From an uncultured Candidatus Rokubacteria bacterium (GTDB taxonomy: Bacteria; Methylomirabilota; Methylomirabilia; Rokubacteriales; CSP1-6), in NCBI GenBank assembly GCA_963754315.1, contig CAVWFS010000019.1, positions 832,001 through 896,000 on the forward strand: a stretch of DNA of 64,000 nucleotides. The letters run 5' to 3'. A program made the position numbers and the translations under genes. Shown piece by piece: positions 9,851 through 20,506 of the stretch. The notes under the pieces were generated by a model, which saw only the letters and a program-made list of their open reading frames with translations, did no database searches and was not told the DNA's origin. Every line of letters begins with the position of its first letter. Positions within the stretch are counted from its first letter, which is position 1.

Positions 9851-10026
9851 GGCACCCTCCTATTTCTTCCTGCCCTGCGTTTCTGAGCGACTGCCAATCG
9901 CTGAGTAAGAGACGTTCGAGCATGTCGCGTCCTTTACACGGATCCTCCCTGGTCACGCCACTCATCGATGAGCTTCGCTGGGGCGCTACCCCCTTTCCGC
10001 TCAACCTTGTATGCTGTCGCTCACCT

Positions 10027-11574
10027 ATGCACTGGAAGCCTGAACTCGACGAACTGAAGCGCCGTGAAGCCTTCGCAGACCAGCTCGGCGGCCCGGAGCG
10101 CGTGAAGCGCCAACACGACGGTGGTCGCTTCACGATCCGCGAGCGGATCGAGAAGCTGGCCGACCGAGGAAGCTTCCACGAGATCGGCAAGATTGCGGGG
10201 CTGGCCACCTACGACAGCAAGAACGACCTCGTCAACCTCGTTCCAAGCAATTTCGTGTTCGGGCGGGCCCGACTCGATGGCCGGCCGGTGGTAATCGGCG
10301 GCGACGACTTCACCGTGCGCGGAGGCTCGGCGGACGCGACCATCAAGGAAAAGCATCTGCAGTGCGAGGAGATGGCCCACGAGCTGCGCCTGCCCCTCGT
10401 CCGGCTGGTCGAGGGCTCGGGCGGCGGGGGGTCGGTCAAGACCATCGAGACGACCGGGCGTGCCAACGTGCCCGGTGTGTCGGGCTGGGACACGGTCGTC
10501 GCGAACATGGGAACCGTACCTCGGGTTGCCCTGGGCCTCGGCTCGGTGGCGGGGCTGGGGGCCGCCCACCTGGCCGCCGCCCACTACTCGGTGATGGTCA
10601 AGGATCTCTCGGCTCTGTTCGTGGCCGGGCCCCCGGTGGTAGAGCGCCTGGGTCAGAAGCTGACTAAGAATGAGTTGGGAGGCTGGCAAATCCAGCTGAA
10701 GGCCGGCGCCGTCGACCAGGCCGTAGATTCCGAAGAGGAGGCGTTTGCGTGCGCGCGCCGCTTCCTCTCGTATCTGCCCTCATCGATCTGGGACCTACCG
10801 CCGCGCGGACCCCAGGTCGACGATCCCGAGCGCCGTGAGGCCTGGCTGGTGGACGCCATTCCGCGCGAGTCGCGCAAGGTGTACAAGATGCGCGCGATCG
10901 TCGAAGGTGTCGTGGACAGGGGCTCCTTTTTCGAGATCGCGCCACTCTATGGCCGCTCGGTCATCACCGGTCTCGCACGGCTGGACGGCTGGCCGGTGGC
11001 CGTCATGGCGAGCGACCCCTTCTTCTATGCGGGCGCCTGGACGGCCGATGCCTGCCAGAAGGTCGAACGCTTCGTCGACATCGCGCAGACCTTTCATCTG
11101 CCCATGGTGTACCTGGTCGATTGCCCCGGCTTTCTGATCGGCCGGGAGGCCGAGCAGACCGGAACGATCAAGCAGGGTGTACGGGCCATGGCCGCCATGT
11201 GGCAGACAACCATCCCGTGGTGCGCGATGATCATCCGTAATGTCTTCGGGGTGGCAGGGGCGGCCCATCGGAACGGCGGCCGCTACTGCCTGCGCTACGC
11301 GTGGCCATCCGGGCGCTGGGGATCGCTGCCCCTAGAAGGTGGTATCGAGGCGGCCTATCGTGCCGAGATCGACGCGGCAGCGGATCCCGCCGCCAAGCTT
11401 CGTGAGATCGAGGAGCGGCTGGAGAAGCTGCGCTCTCCCTTCCGGTCGGCGGAGACATTCTGGATCGAGGAGATCATCGACCCGCGCAACACGCGCCCGC
11501 TGCTGTGTGAGTTCGCCAACCTCGCGGCCCCCCTTCGCACACCCGGGTCGTCCCTGCACGCCATGCGGCCGTAG
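10027..11574 (+). CDS. Acyl-CoA carboxylase/decarboxylase carboxyltransferase subunit
   Basis: GGPERVKRQH, DDFTVRGG, LVDCPGFLIG, EEIIDPRNTR. Confidence 0.92.
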   Translation: MHWKPELDELKRREAFADQLGGPERVKRQHDGGRFTIRERIEKLADRGSFHEIGKIAGLATYDSKNDLVNLVPSNFVFGRARLDGRPVVIGGDDFTVRGGSADATIKEKHLQCEEMAHELRLPLVRLVEGSGGGGSVKTIETTGRANVPGVSGWDTVVANMGTVPRVALGLGSVAGLGAAHLAAAHYSVMVKDLSALFVAGPPVVERLGQKLTKNELGGWQIQLKAGAVDQAVDSEEEAFACARRFLSYLPSSIWDLPPRGPQVDDPERREAWLVDAIPRESRKVYKMRAIVEGVVDRGSFFEIAPLYGRSVITGLARLDGWPVAVMASDPFFYAGAWTADACQKVERFVDIAQTFHLPMVYLVDCPGFLIGREAEQTGTIKQGVRAMAAMWQTTIPWCAMIIRNVFGVAGAAHRNGGRYCLRYAWPSGRWGSLPLEGGIEAAYRAEIDAAADPAAKLREIEERLEKLRSPFRSAETFWIEEIIDPRNTRPLLCEFANLAAPLRTPGSSLHAMRP

Positions 11575-11669
11575 TAATGCCGTAGGAATAGTGAGGGGGC
11601 TCTTCAGTGCCCCCATGCCCGCTTGACCGCTCACGGCGCCCCGGGCTCGAGATCGGGACGCCCCAAGGT

Positions 11670-12341
11670 TCACGAGGCGGGGAGGACCAGGGTGAACTCG
11701 CCGCGGATGGGGGCGGCGGCCAGGCGCGTCAGGTGCTCGGAAGGAATGGCGCTCACGATCTCCTCGAACTGTTTGGTCAGCTCGCGCGCGACGACCAAAG
11801 GCGCTTCCCCAAACACCTCTCGGATGGCCTCCAAGGTCGCCACGATGCGGTGGGGCGACTCGTAGAGGACGAGCGTCGTCTCCAGGTCGCGCAGGGCGCG
11901 CAGCCGGTTCAAACGCCGACCCGGCTTGATCGGAAGAAACCCGTCGAAGGCGAAGCGATCGGCGGGAATGCCGGCTGCCGACAGGGCCGTGATCACCGCC
12001 GACGGTCCCGGGACCGGCACCACAGGAATGCCTGCCGCCCGCGCCTCACGCACCAACAAGAATCCCGGGTCCGAGATGCCCGGCGTCCCCGCATCACTCA
12101 CCAACGCCACCGACTTGCCGTCCGCCAGGAGGTCGAGGAGATACGGCCCCTTGCGCAACTTGTTGTGCTCGAAGTAGCTGGTGGTCGGCGTATGAATGTC
12201 GTGACGCGTCAGCAACGCCCGCGTCCTCCGGGTGTCCTCGCACGCGATCAGGCTCACCTCGCACAGCACGCGCAGAGCCCGCAACGAGATGTCCTCGAGG
12301 TTCCCAAGCGGCGTCGCGACGACATACAAAGTGCCGGACAT
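11670..12341 (-). CDS. rsmI: 16S rRNA (cytidine1402-2'-O)-methyltransferase
   Basis: LYVVATPLGNLEDIS, ACEDTR, LVSDAGTPGISDPG, YESPHR, RELTKQFEE. Confidence 0.97.
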   Translation of the reverse strand: MSGTLYVVATPLGNLEDISLRALRVLCEVSLIACEDTRRTRALLTRHDIHTPTTSYFEHNKLRKGPYLLDLLADGKSVALVSDAGTPGISDPGFLLVREARAAGIPVVPVPGPSAVITALSAAGIPADRFAFDGFLPIKPGRRLNRLRALRDLETTLVLYESPHRIVATLEAIREVFGEAPLVVARELTKQFEEIVSAIPSEHLTRLAAAPIRGEFTLVLPAS

Positions 12342-12393
12342 GGCCGCACGCTTTCCGAGCGCGGGCTTCGCCCGCGCAATCCTGGGGGGAGGT

Positions 12394-12422
12394 TGGGAGG
12401 GGGCCGTCGAGGCCCCCTCCCA
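12394..12422. repeat. Perfect 12-bp-stem hairpin (REP-like element or terminator) between clpX and rsmI
   Basis: TGGGAGGGGGCC-gtcga-GGCCCCCTCCCA, preceded by a G-run; no U-tract. Confidence 0.6.
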
Positions 12423-12424
12423 GA

Positions 12425-13672
<1,248 letters not shown>

Positions 13673-13694
13673 GCTGCCCCGTTCCTTCGCGTCC

Positions 13695-14327
13695 TTACTG
13701 CTGAACGGCCGCGAGGGCCGCTGCCTCCGTGACCGGCCGCGTGGTCGGCTTCGAGGAGATCACATCGTCGATGATTCTATATTCCTTGGCTTGCTCGGCG
13801 GTCATGAAAAAGTCTCGATCCGTGTCGCGCTGGATCTTCTCCACCGACTGACCCGTGTGATGGACCAGGATGCGGTTCAACTCCTCCCGCATCCGGAGAA
13901 TTTCGCGGGCCTGGATGTCGATGTCGGTGGCCTGTCCCTGCACGCCGCCGAGCGGCTGGTGGATCATGATCCGCGCGTGGGGAAGGGCGAAGCGCTTGCC
14001 CTTGGCTCCTGCCGTGAGGAGGAGGGCGCCCATGGAGGCGGCCTGCCCCATGCAGATGGTGGAGATGGCCGGCTTGACGTACTGCATGGTGTCGTAGATG
14101 GCCATGCCGGCCGTGACCGATCCACCCGGCGAGTTGATGTAGAGGTAAATGTCCTTGTCGGGGTCTTCCGCCTCCAGGAACAGCATCTGGGCGATCACCA
14201 GGTTGGCCAGCTCGTCCTCGATGAAGGTGGGCAGGAAGATGATGCGCTCCTTCAGGAGTCGGGAAAAGATGTCGAACGCGCGCTCGCCGCGCGGTGTCTG
14301 CTCGATGACCATCGGGACCAAAGCCAT
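13695..14327 (-). CDS. clpP: Clp protease proteolytic subunit
   Basis: [38 protein letters not shown]. Confidence 0.99.
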   Translation of the reverse strand: MALVPMVIEQTPRGERAFDIFSRLLKERIIFLPTFIEDELANLVIAQMLFLEAEDPDKDIYLYINSPGGSVTAGMAIYDTMQYVKPAISTICMGQAASMGALLLTAGAKGKRFALPHARIMIHQPLGGVQGQATDIDIQAREILRMREELNRILVHHTGQSVEKIQRDTDRDFFMTAEQAKEYRIIDDVISSKPTTRPVTEAAALAAVQQ

Positions 14328-14352
14328 GGACCTTCTCCTTCGGTTGTCGACT

Positions 14353-15642
14353 CTACCCACGAGGGTGAACCGTCGCGTGGCGGATCAGGAAGTCGAGCGT
14401 CTGCTGCTCGCGCAGACCCGAGCGCAGGGCGTCCAGATCTCCGCTCTTCTCCATCATACGACGAACGGCGGGGGCGGGGCGACGGCTGGCCGTGGCCAGC
14501 TTCTCGATCTCGGCCTCCACATCGGCCTCGGTGGGCGCAATCGTCTCGGCATCGGAGATGGCCTCGAGCAGGAGCGTACGCCGGACGGCTCGCTCTGCTC
14601 CCGGCCGAAGATCGGTGATCAGCTTGTCGTAGTCCCACTGGATGCGATCGGGATCCACCCCCTGGCGGCGCAGCCGCTCCCGTGTGTGCTCGACCTGGTG
14701 CTGGAGCTGGCGCATCACCATGGCGTCGGGCACCGAGAACTCGTGGCGGGCCAGGAGCGCGTCGACCACCTTGCCCTCCAGGGCCAGCTTGTCCTCCCGC
14801 TCACGACGGCTCTCGAGCTGGCGGCGCACTTCGGCCCGCAGGGCGTCCAGGGTGTCGAACTCGCCGAGCTGCTTGGCGAAGTCGTCGTCCAGGAGGGGGA
14901 GGACCTTTTCTTTGACCTCGGAGAGCTTCACCGTGGCCTGGCCCGACTTGCCGCGCAATTCTTCGCGTCGGTGCTCGGCCGAGAAGCGAACGCCGACCTC
15001 GCGCTCTTCCCCGGCTTGCATGCCGACCACAGCCTGGTCGATCTCGGGCAGCACCGCCCCTTCGCCGATCGGAAAAGCGTAGCCGCTCTCATGGCTCGGC
15101 TCGAGCCCCTCGGGGGCAAGTGTGTAATCGACGATAGCCACGTCACCGGGGGCGGCCGCGCGCTCGACGCTGCGCAGCTCGGCGTGCTGCTCGCGCATCT
15201 GTCCGAGGGTTGTGCCGACGTTATCGTCGGTGACCGGGGTAGGGCCATGCTCGATGTCGAGGTCTTTGTATTCCCCGAGGGTGATGGTGGGCCGGATCTC
15301 CACCACCGCCTTGAAGCTGAGCGGCGTCCCTTCCTCCAGCCGGACGTCACTCAGGTCAGGCTCGTTGACGGGCTCGAGCTTGGCCTCGCTGACGGCCTGT
15401 CGGTACAGATCCGGAATGAGGTGCTCGGCGACCTCGCGTCGGACGTCATCCGCGAAGTGCAGCTTGACCAGCGAGCGCGGCACGTGCCCCTTGCGGAAGC
15501 CGGGCAGGCTCGCCTGCTTCTGGACGCGGGTGTAAGCACGCTCCCACGCCTTGTCCACCACGTCGAGCGGGGCCTCGACGGAAAGGCGCCGCTTGCACGT
15601 CTCCAGCGATTCGACGTCCACCTTCATGGCCGCTTCGGGCAT
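14353..15642 (-). CDS. tig: Trigger factor
   Basis: [10 protein letters not shown] ribosome-binding motif, FKBP-like middle domain, tig-clpP-clpX synteny. Confidence 0.96.
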   Translation of the reverse strand: MPEAAMKVDVESLETCKRRLSVEAPLDVVDKAWERAYTRVQKQASLPGFRKGHVPRSLVKLHFADDVRREVAEHLIPDLYRQAVSEAKLEPVNEPDLSDVRLEEGTPLSFKAVVEIRPTITLGEYKDLDIEHGPTPVTDDNVGTTLGQMREQHAELRSVERAAAPGDVAIVDYTLAPEGLEPSHESGYAFPIGEGAVLPEIDQAVVGMQAGEEREVGVRFSAEHRREELRGKSGQATVKLSEVKEKVLPLLDDDFAKQLGEFDTLDALRAEVRRQLESRREREDKLALEGKVVDALLARHEFSVPDAMVMRQLQHQVEHTRERLRRQGVDPDRIQWDYDKLITDLRPGAERAVRRTLLLEAISDAETIAPTEADVEAEIEKLATASRRPAPAVRRMMEKSGDLDALRSGLREQQTLDFLIRHATVHPRG

Positions 15643-15654
15643 CGTGTCTCCAGA

Positions 15655-15742
15655 TGGTGCGAGAGGGGGGAGTCGAACCCCCAAGGGCTTTTGGCCCACT
15701 GGATCCTAAGTCCAGCGCGTCTGCCAGTTTCGCCACTCTCGC
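15655..15742 (-). tRNA. tRNA-Leu (anticodon TAG)
   Basis: GCGAGAG/CTCTCGC acceptor stem plus ACCA; anticodon arm CTGGA-CTTAGGA-TCCAG; long variable arm; GGTTCGACTCC T-arm. Confidence 0.97.
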
Positions 15743-15852
15743 GAGGATTTCGCGCGATCGCGTACGCCAGTGAAGCATACCGAGGACGCCTCGGCGCCGC
15801 AAGCCACGTGCGGTATAGACATCCGGCCGGAAGTCGTGGATGCTTGGGTTCT

Positions 15853-16278
15853 ATGAACACCTTGCTGACACTCCTCGCCCTGGTCCTGCTCGCGTCGTCT
15901 GGTTGCTCGTTCTCGGCGTCGTCGGCGGCAAGCTCGGACAGCTCGGCAGCATCGTCGGAGAGCAGTGCGAACTCCTCGGCGAGCAGCTCGCCGGCCAGCA
16001 AGGAAGCGACCTACCGCGACGACGTGCGCGATTACACCGAGGCCTACGTCAAGTCCGGTGGGCAGTTCGACGCCTACCAGAAGCGCCTCGGGGAGCTGGC
16101 CAAGAGGCACGACATCACGAACTGGGAAGACAGCATGGTCACCTATGAGGGTATAGGCGAGGGTCTCGGTCGGGCGAAGGTGAGCACAGTCCAGCTCGAC
16201 ACCTACAAGCAGAATCTGGCCAAAGGTAATCCCCAGAGGATGGCGGCCATCCAGAAGGCGTACGACTCGCAGAAGTAG
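15853..16278 (+). CDS. Putative lipoprotein with Ser-rich linker
   Basis: MNTLLTLLALVLLASSGC lipobox; SSAASSDSS tract; helical C-domain (YRDDVRDYT...ITNWE). Confidence 0.8.
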   Translation: MNTLLTLLALVLLASSGCSFSASSAASSDSSAASSESSANSSASSSPASKEATYRDDVRDYTEAYVKSGGQFDAYQKRLGELAKRHDITNWEDSMVTYEGIGEGLGRAKVSTVQLDTYKQNLAKGNPQRMAAIQKAYDSQK

Positions 16279-16279
16279 G

Positions 16280-18236
16280 ATGTGGCGCCTGAGCGCGGGG
16301 CTCGCTTTCGCGAGCCTGCTGGGCGCGGTGTCAGCGGGCGCGGGTGTTCAGGCCGAGCCTGCACGGTTCATCGACTATCTCTACGTCGAGTCCAATGAGG
16401 GCGGCTCCAGCGGGGGACATGTTGCCCTGCGCTTCGGAGACCGGATCTTTCATTTTCAATATGCGGGCACCGGCTTCCTGCGCGTGAGCCGGGAGAGTTT
16501 CGAAGGGTTCCGGCGCCACTACACGCTTCTCGAGAATCGGCCGATCCACCTCACACGCATCCCGGTCAGTGCGGAAACCTTCGATCTCGTACACGACTTC
16601 TTCACCCGCCGCCGGATCATTCAGCATGAGCACTTTCAGGTGCTGGGGTCTCTGGAGGGAGACCGCGCGCTGCTGGAGACCTTGCGAGCCGTCGCGCAGG
16701 GCGAGCCTGGCCGCCCGGTCGTCCTGGAAGGAGCTGGCTACTTCTTCGACGATACTGGCTCGCCCCGTGTGATCGAGACGTCACCGAGTATGCTGGCCCT
16801 CCGTGATCGTATCGCCGCTCGGCACGGCCGCGACTTTCTGAGCGGACGTCTGGAGGACGTTCAGCAGCAGATCGAGCGCCTCGACCCCCAGAACATCGAG
16901 CCGCCGAGCCTGGACGTCACGGCCGAGCGGGCACCTGCCCCGGTCTACGGATTCGCGCAACGATACAAGGACGTTCTGCTCGCCGAGCGGGCCCTGGAGG
17001 TGCTCCAGACGGCGCGCCCTCTGCGCCCGGGCAGCTACGTCCAGGCCGGCTTACGCCGATATCGCTCTGCGTGAGGACGAGCGGGAGTTGGTCGGGGATC
17101 TCGCGGAGGCGCTTGCCGCAAGCCTGGTGCGGCTCGTGCGATCCGACCGTCCCGACTGGGGGTCGGCCCTCATGGTCGGCCTGGCTCGTCTGGCCGCGCT
17201 GGAGAAAACCAGGCAATCGGGATCGTGGGTCTTCCTCGAGGTGTTTGAGGTCGATTCGCCCCGCCTGGCGCGGGATCGGCTGGCCAAACAGCCGGGGCTC
17301 GGCCAAGCCTTGCTGCGCGAAGGGCGCGCCGACTTCGAACGTGCCCGCTCCCACCTCCTCCTACGCCATGAGATCGATCCGGGATTCCACGAGATCGCCT
17401 TCGCCGAGCTGGAGGCATCAGGCAATCGCCTCGTCGAGGCTCTGCGGGCGGCTCACGAGGGCCGCGACCTGCGCTTGTGGCGGGGCCGACAGCCGCCCGC
17501 GCGGGCGGCGGGCGTGCGCGATCTGGTGGTTCCGGCGCGACTGCAGGAGGGCCTGAACGAGCGACTCGCGGTGGCCTCAAACCGGGAGACAGAGTACGCG
17601 GCCCGTCTTCAGCGGCTCTATGGGTACCAGCTCCTCACGCGCAACTGCGTGACCGAGATCTTTCGGGAGATCGACCTCGCCTTCGCTCAGGCGCCGGGCG
17701 TCACTACTCGTTCTGGGCTTGCCGCCATCACTCGTGCTGAGCCAGGCACCGATGCGGCGGTTCGCGACGAGTCCATTCGACGGCTGGGCGGACACGTCGA
17801 GATGACGGGATTGCGCTTCATCCCGGCTGTCTCCGCGGACGCGGTGGCGTCGACCTACACCGTGTCCGAGCGGATCGCGATCCCGTCCTACCGCCAGGCC
17901 CGCCTGGCCCGCCTCTATCGCGACGAGCCGTCCCTCCGAGTCTTCCTTCGGGAGTCGAATACCCTGACCTCGACGCTCTATAATCGGAACACAGAGGATT
18001 CGTACTTTTTGTTCTTCACCGACGACACGATCGTGGCTCGTCCGCTGTTCGGGATGCTCAACGTGGCCACAGGCCTAGGCGCCACTCTGGCCGGCGTGGC
18101 CACGCTGCCCTTCGACCGGGGCAAGACACTGTGGGCCGGGCTCAAGGGCATGGTGTTCAGCCTGCCCGAGCTGGTCTTCTTCAACATTCGCAAGGGATCG
18201 TTCGACTACATCGAGGACGATCGGAGGCTAAGATAG
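16280..18236 (+). CDS. Secreted DUF4105/Lnb-like (permuted papain-fold) protein, frameshifted near 17052
   Basis: Signal peptide. SSGGHVAL is in the 5' ORF and YQLLTRNCVTE in the 3' ORF; the frames join by removing one base near 17050-17055. Confidence 0.6.
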
Positions 18237-18241
18237 CGGCT

Positions 18242-19753
18242 ATGCGTGTACTTCTCGTTCACCCAAGTCCGCTGATGTACTCCGAGATCTACCTCCGGCT
18301 CGAGCCCCTCGGCCTCGAGCGGGTGGCGGCTGCCGTACGGGCGGCCGGGCACGACGTGCGGTTGCTCGATCTCCAGATCTTCCGCCACGATGACTACTTC
18401 CGCGAGCTCACGAGCTGGGAGCCGGAGGCGGTTGGGTTCTCGCTGAACTACCTGGCTAACGTGCCGGAGGTCATCGACCTCGCCCTCGAAACCCAGCGCC
18501 GCCGGCCGACGTGCTTCGTGTTCGCCGGCGGTCACAGCGCCTCCTTCATCGCCCCCGAGATCCTCGCGCACGCGCGGGGCGCTATCCGCGCCCTCGTTCG
18601 AGGGGAAGGCGAGGTGGTGACCCCACTGCTCGTCGACGCCTGCCGAGACGGTGGCCTCGAGAAGCTGCCAGGTGTGGTTACGCCGCACGGGGCCGGCCCC
18701 AACCCGACCCTGCTCGACGACCTCGACCGGTTCCTGCCCGCCCGCGACCTCACCCGCCGCCGGCGCAAGTACTTCATCGGTGTCCTCGATCCGTGCGCTT
18801 CGGTGGAGTTCACCCGCGGCTGCCCGTGGGACTGCTCCTTCTGCAGCGCGTGGACGTTCTACGGGCGCAGCTACCGCAAGTCATCGCCGGAGGCGGCGGC
18901 CGAGGACGTGGCGCGGATTCGCGAGCCCAACGTCTTCCTGGTGGACGACGTGGCCTTCATCCAGTCCGAGCACGGCTACGCCATCGGCCGTGAGCTGGAG
19001 CGCCGGGGAGTCAAGAAGGAGTACTACCTCGAGACCCGCTGCGACGTGCTCGTCAAGAACCGCGAGGTCTTCGCCTACTGGAAGCGGCTGGGCCTGCACT
19101 ACATGTTCCTCGGCCTGGAGGCCATCGACGAAGAGGGCCTCAAGCTCCACCGAAAGCGTGTGGTTCCCGGGGACAACTTCAAGGCGCTGGAGGTGGCTCG
19201 CGAGCTGGGCATCACGGTGGCGCTCAACATCATCGCCGACCCCGACTGGGACGAAGCGCGCTTCACCACCATTCGTGAATGGGCCCTGAGCATCCCGGAG
19301 ATCGTGCACCTGACCGTGAACACGCCTTATCCGGGGACGGAGACCTGGCTCACCGAGTCGCGCAAGCTCGACACCCTGGACTATCGGCTCTTCGACGTGC
19401 AGCACGCCGTGCTGCCCACCCGGCTCCCCCTCGAGCGCTTCTACGGGGAGCTGGTGAAGACGCAGGCCGTGCTTCGCCAGAAGCATCTGGGCTTCTCGGC
19501 CATCCGGGCGGCGACGGGCATCATTGCCGGCCAGCTCCTACGCGGGCAGACCAACTTTGTCAAGGCGATCTGGAAGTTCAACCGGGTGTACAGCGTGAAG
19601 CGGCAGCTGGCCGATCACGCGCGGCCGGTGACGTACACCATGACGCCGCCCAAGCCGCCGTTGACGACGAAGCCGCGGCCGGATCAGCTGTACGTGCACA
19701 TGCCGGTGCGGCGGGAGGCGGCGGGGGCGGCGACGACCTTACCGGCGCTGTAA
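18242..19753 (+). CDS. hpnR: Hopanoid C-3 methylase (B12-binding radical SAM)
   Basis: VHPSPLMYSEIYLRLEPLGLE, SLNYLANVPE, RGCPWDCSFCSAWTFYGRSYR, DYRLFDVQHAVLPT. Confidence 0.9.
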   Translation: MRVLLVHPSPLMYSEIYLRLEPLGLERVAAAVRAAGHDVRLLDLQIFRHDDYFRELTSWEPEAVGFSLNYLANVPEVIDLALETQRRRPTCFVFAGGHSASFIAPEILAHARGAIRALVRGEGEVVTPLLVDACRDGGLEKLPGVVTPHGAGPNPTLLDDLDRFLPARDLTRRRRKYFIGVLDPCASVEFTRGCPWDCSFCSAWTFYGRSYRKSSPEAAAEDVARIREPNVFLVDDVAFIQSEHGYAIGRELERRGVKKEYYLETRCDVLVKNREVFAYWKRLGLHYMFLGLEAIDEEGLKLHRKRVVPGDNFKALEVARELGITVALNIIADPDWDEARFTTIREWALSIPEIVHLTVNTPYPGTETWLTESRKLDTLDYRLFDVQHAVLPTRLPLERFYGELVKTQAVLRQKHLGFSAIRAATGIIAGQLLRGQTNFVKAIWKFNRVYSVKRQLADHARPVTYTMTPPKPPLTTKPRPDQLYVHMPVRREAAGAATTLPAL

Positions 19754-19757
19754 GAAA

Positions 19758-20452
19758 TCACGGGCAGGCCAGCGATCGAGAAGGAGCCTTGACACTAGGA
19801 ACGCGTGAACTCTCGAGCGGCCTCGCGTTCAGTTCATCCAGGCTCCGCAGCCGCATTGCGGCCCCGGTGAAGTCGTGATCGACCGTGAGTCCGCTGGCAC
19901 GACGATCACGCGCATGCCGGCGGCGAGGCCCGAGCGAAGACCACGTTGCGTGTCCTCGACGACCGCGCACTCGTCCGGCGCTATTCCCAGTCGCGCCGCT
20001 GCCACACGGTACGCACCAGGGGCAGGTTTGGGCTGGTCGTAATCCTCTCGGGCAATGGTCTCGTGGAGTAGGCCTTCAAACCGGAGTTTGCCGAGGATGA
20101 CATTGAGCTCGTGGCGCACGGTGTTGGTGGCGATTGCCAGGCGGTGGGTCGGTCGTAGTCGAACAAGCGCCTGGCGGGCCCCATGGCACGGCGGGAGTTG
20201 GCCATCGATGAGCTCGCGGTACAGCTGAGCTTTGCGAGTCCGCAGCACGCTCGGCGGCACCGGAAGTCGAAACGCCCGACATGCGTACTCCGCACCACCG
20301 TCGCCGGCAATCCAGTGGGCGCGGTACTCGTCGATGTCGACATCGACACCGTACTCGAGCAAGGTGTGTCGGTACGCCTGCCATTGCAGTCGTTCGGTGT
20401 CAGCGAGGGTCCCGTCGAGGTCAAAGAGAACGGCGCGTACCATCAGCCCCAT
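19758..20452 (-). CDS. HAD-family phosphatase (beta-PGM-like), frameshifted near 19897
   Basis: FDLDGTLADTE, KPAPGAY, VVEDT. The expected tail (SGLTVDHDFTGA..LRSLDEL) lies in a shifted frame. Confidence 0.8.
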
Positions 20453-20506
20453 GGCTCGCCAAGGACGCGGAGGGCGTCCAACCTCTGCGAACGGTCGCGT
20501 CGCCCC

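Noticed and set aside
9326..9972. 12-bp perfect palindromes GGAGCATGCTCC (9326-9337) and CTCATCGATGAG (9961-9972)
   Set aside because: Several such palindromes are expected by chance in 64 kb; no cognate regulator nearby.
15655..15742. tRNA-Leu as an island integration site
   Set aside because: No integrase and no duplicated tRNA 3' end; tig follows directly, as in the usual arrangement.
14149..15852. 709-aa + strand ORF spanning tig and the tRNA
   Set aside because: Antisense shadow of tig. Only the last 141 codons (lipoprotein from 15853) look real.
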